DNA of 64,000 nt from Perna viridis (taxonomy: Eukaryota). The stretch spans positions 16,182,001 to 16,246,000 of the forward strand of contig CM074515.1 in the NCBI GenBank assembly GCA_037379345.1, given 5' to 3'. Of this stretch, positions 58,801-64,000 are shown piece after piece; the first letter of the stretch is position 1, and each line of letters begins with the position of its first letter. Position numbers and translations under genes: made by a program. Below the pieces are notes generated by a model. That model searched no databases, was not told the DNA's origin, and was given only the letters and a program-made list of their open reading frames with translations.

Positions 58801-61260
58801 GATGTGTAAATGTTTTATGTTGCAGGTAAAAATTCTGCCTTTTTAAGAGTATTTAGATCTAGATCATTATCAGAAGAATATGATAGTTCAAAAGCTAATA
58901 TACAAGTGATAGGTAAGGAAACCTAGACAGTGAAGAACTACAAAATCTTCAATTTTAGTTAAAGCTTTGGTGTAATCTATTGTCAGAATTAACAATAAGG
59001 TACATTTTCATTCTGAAATTATAGTAAATTATGTAATTATACCCTCATTCAGTGGTATATTGGAATCACCTTGTCCGTCCCTCCGTCTGAGTTTCCTTCC
59101 TTTGGATAGATTGATTGCTAATTTCGTATTTGGTTTTATATAGATGGTTCATATGTTGTAAGTGATTTTAATTTGCTGTCCAATATCAAATTCATGTCTC
59201 TTGGGACTTAGCCATTGTCACTATACGGAATGAGTGAGAGTATACCATGATAGTGCATACAACTTAATGTTCTGTCTGAATCAAATGAGAGATATGATGA
59301 AAAATTAATTTACCAAGATAAAGTTTGGTTAAAAACAAGTCAGATTTATTAATATTTGTGAATTAAACCTCATGCATGTATTAGGGTATACAAAAGTAAA
59401 CATGTGACAGATGTTTAAAGAAAATTTGAATCTATATCCCACAAAAACCATGACTATTATGTATGTTTTAATGATCATTTTAGAAAGCGCTCTTTCATGT
59501 TACTTGTCTGCTGCTTGTATAGAAAACAATTTTGGTATTCGATAAAAGTAAGAAAAATAATATTTTATAGTACCAGGCATCCGACTAGTGGCTGTGTTAC
59601 TCTAAACAGCAGGCAATAGTGGCTATCATCAATAACATTTTTATGATTTGGTGTTGTATCTTTCCTTTTGTTCTTTTGTACAAATCAAGGAGTATAAAAA
59701 TCTGATTGTTCTTCAGTACTGGTAAAGGGGTATATAAAATTTGAATATTCTTTTGCACTAATCAAGAAGTATATAAATTCTTATTGTCCTTTTATACTGA
59801 TCAAGTAGTTTATAAAATCTGACTGTTTTTCTGTCCTGGTTAAGGAGTATATAAAATCTTATTGTCCTTTTGTACTGATCAAGTAGTGTATAAACTCTGA
59901 CTATTCTTTGTTCTGATCAAGGAGTATTTAGAATCTAACTGATCTTTTGTACTGATCAAGTAGTGTATAAAATCTGACTGTTCTTTTGTACTGATCAAGT
60001 AGTATATAAAATCTGGCTATTCTTTTGTACTGATCAAGTAGTATATAAAATCTTGCTGTTCTTTTGTACTGATCAAGGAGTGTATAAAATCTTATTGGTT
60101 TATATTGCAGCTCAACATTTGTCAGATGAAGATAGTGATGATGAGTTTATATTTTATGTTCTCTTACGGGGTGTAGATAAATTTAATGAGGAGTATAATA
60201 GATACCCTGGTGTATATGAAGATCAAATAGAAGCTGATATTCCAAAGTTAAGGGTAGGTAGATACTAAATGATTTATATTGTACCCTGTTTATGTTTATA
60301 ACAAAATAATTTAATTTCAGAAGTAACACACTTTCTGATTGGATAAAAAATTTTGTCCATTTTGTAATGTGACTGTGAATGTTTTTTAGTGTACAAGTCA
60401 TGATTGAGGTTATTTCTTCATAGACTGAAAATATCTAACAGTCATTCATTAAGAAACTTAGACTTTCAGAGCTGGTTTATGTACCTTTTTTTCCCAGTGT
60501 TTTAATTTTTGCCATATTCCTGGTCAGCATCAGGATGCAAAAAAAACCAAAAAAAACACTTATACAGTATTATTACAATGATTTGTTTTGGAAGTTCAAA
60601 ATGAAGTCAGGTAAACTGCTAAATCATGGTATTATTTTGAGTTAAAACATTCTATGTGAGAAAACAAAGAAAAGTTTTAATTATTTCTTAATTGGTATAA
60701 GTTTTTATAAACTTTCTTTATTGTAGACTTGTGTACAGAAACTTATACATGATTGGGGTCTTAATTCTACCTCTGTCAAAGATGATTACATTCATGAAAT
60801 GTAAGTAGTATAGTTTCAATTCATAATACCTGATCTTTTCTTCTTATCACAAAATAATGATCCCCTTTATTGTATCATATTCTTTTTCATATGAAGTAAG
60901 TTTTTAAGGTTCTAATATTTGATAATTAAGTTATGCCATGTAATGTAAAGCCTATTATTATATTGTTAATTAAAAAAAATGTTTTTGATTTCATTTTAAC
61001 AGAAGAATGAACCTTTAGTAGCGAAGTAAATGTTTTTTTTTTCTTACCGAATCTAAGGTATGATGAGGTGGCATGTTATCACCATTTATATTTTTTTCAG
61101 ATGTCGTTATGGAGCGGCTGAACTACACACAGTCTCATCCTTCATAGGTGGTGCTGCAGCGCAGGAAGCTATTAAAATACTGACGAAACAGTTTGTCCCA
61201 TTTAACAACACCTATATTTATAATGCAATGAAACAATCGTCAATGACTGTACAACTGTGA
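40813..61260 (+). CDS. NAE1: NEDD8-activating enzyme E1 regulatory subunit (APPBP1), complete, 19 exons, 538 aa
   Basis: [27 protein letters not shown] ... [25 protein letters not shown]...TVQL*. Exons: 40813-40871, 44808-44911, 45345-45405, 45718-45748, 46445-46516, 46854-46933, 47686-47795, 48477-48586, 49144-49206, 49719-49782, 50703-50794, 51431-51490, 52039-52099, 52589-52737, 58289-58325, 58826-58912, 60111-60253, 60727-60800, 61101-61260. Sum 1617 nt. Confidence 0.96.
42085..43237 (+). mobile_element. Non-autonomous piggyBac-like DNA transposon in NAE1 intron 1
   Basis: TTAA at 42081-84 and 43238-41; TIR CCCTTAAGCTGCTAT / ATAGCAGCTTAAGAG (1 mismatch in 15); internal decayed transposase-like peptide [12 protein letters not shown]...IVGEMN near 42605-42675. 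Confidence 0.8.
45741..46080 (+). repeat. 17 x 20-bp minisatellite built from the NAE1 exon 4 donor site
   Basis: Unit TTGGAGAG|GTAATGTA(CA/TC/CC)TA; the first unit contains the true exon-intron boundary at 45748/45749. Confidence 0.97.
50345..50725 (+). repeat. ~8 x 51-bp minisatellite built from the NAE1 exon 11 acceptor site
   Basis: Unit TGTTTCATTCTTTGTTTCCAG|GTATAAGGAAGAACCCTGAGGGTACTTAAG; AG ends at 50366, 50417, (50466 mutated), 50517, 50549, 50600, 50651 and the true site 50702. Confidence 0.93.
53880..54025 (+). repeat. Degenerate ~45-bp tandem repeat (about 3 copies) in NAE1 intron 14
   Basis: Recurrent ATAACTTTGTAAGCTGTGATTAGAGTATGCT(T/G)AATTAT. Confidence 0.7.
54282..55696 (+). 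mobile_element. Longer Helentron/HINE-like repeat copy in NAE1 intron 14
   Basis: TTTTTAGCTCACATGGCC start, CCAGTTGAGCGATTCAGGCTCCTGGGAGCCTCTTG end; internal blocks match 222-615. Confidence 0.75.
56951..57090 (+). repeat. Tandem duplication of ~71 bp
   Basis: TTCTAT(A/G)AATAGACT(A/G)TAATGTCAAGTT...GTAAGCAAAGCTTCTTCAGT occurs twice in tandem. Confidence 0.85.
57864..58047 (+). mobile_element. Short HINE-like remnant
   Basis: AGCTCACCTG ... CAGGTGAGCGATTCGGGCTCC termini as in the other copies. Confidence 0.5.
59672..60097 (+). repeat. ~11 x 39-bp minisatellite ending just upstream of the NAE1 exon 17 acceptor
   Basis: Unit TCTTTTGTACTGATCAAGTAGTATATAAAATCTGACTGT with period 39 (copies at 59944, 59983, 60022, 60061); acceptor AG at 60109-60110. 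Confidence 0.9.
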
Positions 61261-64000
61261 TAAAACCTTGCAACAGCCTTGTAGTAATTAGTTATATCAT
61301 TGAAATATGGACAGTGCAATTTATGTATTGATCAAATTAATTCAAAATACACTTATACTGACATAAAATACAATCGTGGTCATTTGTTGACATAAAGTAC
61401 ATAAGTACTAATTTCTTGTATCTTAAGTATGGATTATACTACAAGGCCTTTTTGTTATATTTATATATAACATGTATTTTGTGTATTGATACGAAACTAG
61501 AAAGAGTTTTAAAGTTACATTTAAAGTATTGTTCTACATTTGGTTAAAATCAGGAGAAATCTGTTGAATTATCTAGTTTATACAACCAAGCATTTTTTAC
61601 AACATGTTTTTTTTTGCTCATTTCTTATCAAATTTTGTCCAGGATTAGATTTAAAAGCTTGACCTAGTTGGGTTCTTTTGTTTGTCAAATATAATTGTTT
61701 ATTTTTATTTCTAAAATGTTTGACAGTTTTTATTTTGATATTGGTTGATGGTAAAAATGAAACCTTTTGACTTGTTTTTACCACACATTATTTATTGGGA
61801 TCCTAACAGGTAAATCTTTGTTTCATTGGAACTTTTGTAGGTTCTTTGGTCACATTTATCCTGTGTCACTTTGCTCTGTCAAAACTTAAATCGCTATTAA
61901 AAATGAGTTACAGTGTCCATATTTTTCGTATTCGCCCAACTGTTCTTGAATTTAACACTGGTTTTCTTCTCTGTAAATGTAATAGGTGACTAGATGTTTA
62001 AACTTTTTAGTTTTTGTGTCATTTTTAATCCTATTACTTTTTCATTAGTTTTTGATGTGGTAGATCACGCACATTTTAAGCCTTAATAGTTCATTCTTAT
62101 TTATAGAACATTAACATGTACGTGGATTTCGATCTCTTTATAGTCGTGAGTAATATATTTGTTCAAGGAAACAAGAGATGTGTTATTAGAACAATAGATC
62201 AGGGAAAATGTCCTTGAGGAAAACAGCAACATTAAATGTATAGCAAAAGATGGTAAAGTTAATCCTGCAGCATATAGTAGAACTGCAAGATTATAGTGGT
62301 CCCTATATTTACAATGCAATCAGAAATGTACAATATAATTATAACTTTCAAATAACTACTATAAGTTTTCTACAGATACTTCGTTACTAAATATGAATTA
62401 AAACATAAAATGAATAATAATATTATAAACAAACAAACAAACAAAACAAAACATTGAGTGTTAAATAAAAAATAATTCCTGGTATAAGAGAAGAAGATCC
62501 GGGTAAAGTAAATAAATTTTACTTGGTACAAAAATCCAGAATTTCTATTGGAGAATATTCCTGTTTTAATTGCTTGCTCTATCAAAAAATAACGATGATT
62601 GGGTTGTTGATATGAACTATTTATAGATAGATCACCCAGATATATCATCATATCTAGGCTGTATCACCCTCTAGACAGGATTGTTTTTTGAATTGGTATG
62701 CTTAACCTGAAATTTGCTGTATTAATATCTTCGATAGTTTTGTAATTAGCATAATCTATACTAAAGATAATATTTGTTAGCACTAGACATCTGTACAAAT
62801 TCCGACAATTGAAAAAATGCATTCTCCAATGCATTATTTTTCAAATCTCATTTTCTTGTTAGGTAATAACTTACAGGAAACTGAGAACAATTTCGCATGC
62901 TCCATTTTCAAGATAATTAATTTTCACGAACTGAACGAGTTAATCAGTTAAAGCACGCATCTATACTCCAATATTTCTGAACATAATTACGTCAACACGA
63001 ACAATTATACTTAATCAAATGCATGTTTTATAACTTCAATATCGTCACCCGGGATTGTCACTCTGTCCGAGTAAGAAAAAAAAAGTATAAATTGAGCTGT
63101 ATCGTTAGCAGTAAAATCAAGTGCTATTCTCGTCGTAGATTTTGTGTCAAATGAAAGGCAATATGTATAAACTAGAATTAAATTACATGTTATAAATTAT
63201 AGTATCATTCTGAGAAGTCTAGACACGTGGTTATTCTCCGTAATGCGGATCAAATTAAGACATGTTTAATATACGGCAAAGACCTTAGCAAGTAAATGCT
63301 CAATTCTAGATGCCAAAACACAAACATTTAACCCACAAATGGCTACATCTTGACAAGAAAATGATCACAGACTCTAATAATGTTTTAAATAGTCCTTTGT
63401 GAACATTTTCTCAAAATATTATTACTTGATACGAGGCATATGATGAAACAATTGAGTCCACCGTTTTTTCTTGTACTTCAAAATCTGTCGGTTATTATTG
63501 GTTTTATGAAGTGTTGACTTTCGCCTTTTGTTAATAGAACCACGACCTAAAGTCTTGTCCATAGGACATACAAATTGTATGTGTAATGCAAGAAAACTCA
63601 TGAGTAATCATGAATAATGTTCAAGAGTGGAAAATATGTCACATACGTGAAAAAAGTAATGGAGATAAAATGGGGATAATCCTTGATCAACGAATTATAT
63701 TCATTCCTGAAAATGAGATAAAAGCATTGGTCCGCATGAATCAAGTAAACTAGTTTGTTCTTTCATGAACATACCGATTATTATTTTTTTGAAAGATGTA
63801 AGGCCTCTTCAATCCTTTTGTACAACATTTGTTTCAGTTTGTATCGTATTGAAAGATTCCTTTGATAAGAAACGCAGATATTCTTTCAGCTTAATTATTG
63901 TTTAACTTTTCTATCATTGACAGCCTCTGATTGAAAACTATTAATAAAAAGTCGGAAAGGACAGTAATTTGCATGATAACACAAAGAATCAGTACAAGGA

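Noticed and set aside
61300-64000. Possible additional gene end after NAE1
   Set aside because: Only short AT-rich ORFs with no recognisable protein motif; not supportable.

Overview
Eukaryotic, AT-rich, intron-rich genomic DNA, most likely from a bivalve mollusc (Mytilus-like; inferred from the repeat families and the HSPA12-type gene). Genes in order: the 1.84-kb terminal coding exon of CTDP1/FCP1 (+); a complete SF3B3 (+, 27 coding exons, 1217 aa); an HSPA12-like atypical Hsp70 (-, 4 exons, 565 aa); a DUSP3/13/26-like phosphatase with a non-canonical active-site loop (-, 3 exons, 191 aa); and a complete NAE1/APPBP1 (+, 19 exons, 538 aa). All exon structures were assembled by hand from GT-AG sites and reading frame. 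Two paralogous C/D-box snoRNAs (SNORD126-like, complementary to 28S rRNA) sit in late SF3B3 introns. Mobile DNA includes Penelope-like (Naiad-type) RT fragments, a decayed APE-RT LINE, a RUDI-type SINE with a 13-bp TSD, a non-autonomous piggyBac, Helentron/HINE-like repeats and small MITEs. Most interesting: (1) a candidate 33-nt stop-containing poison exon bracketed by hairpins in the longest coding-region intron of SF3B3; (2) three separate tandem arrays in NAE1 that amplify a 5' splice site, a 3' splice site and a branch-point region; (3) an inverted 81-nt copy of the putative SF3B3 leader, lacking a GT-AG segment, fused to the truncated 5' end of a Penelope-like element; (4) an in-frame TGA at a Cys position of the Naiad-like RT, possibly selenocysteine. 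No CRISPR, rRNA or tRNA genes were seen. There is a 149-N gap at 32044-32192.
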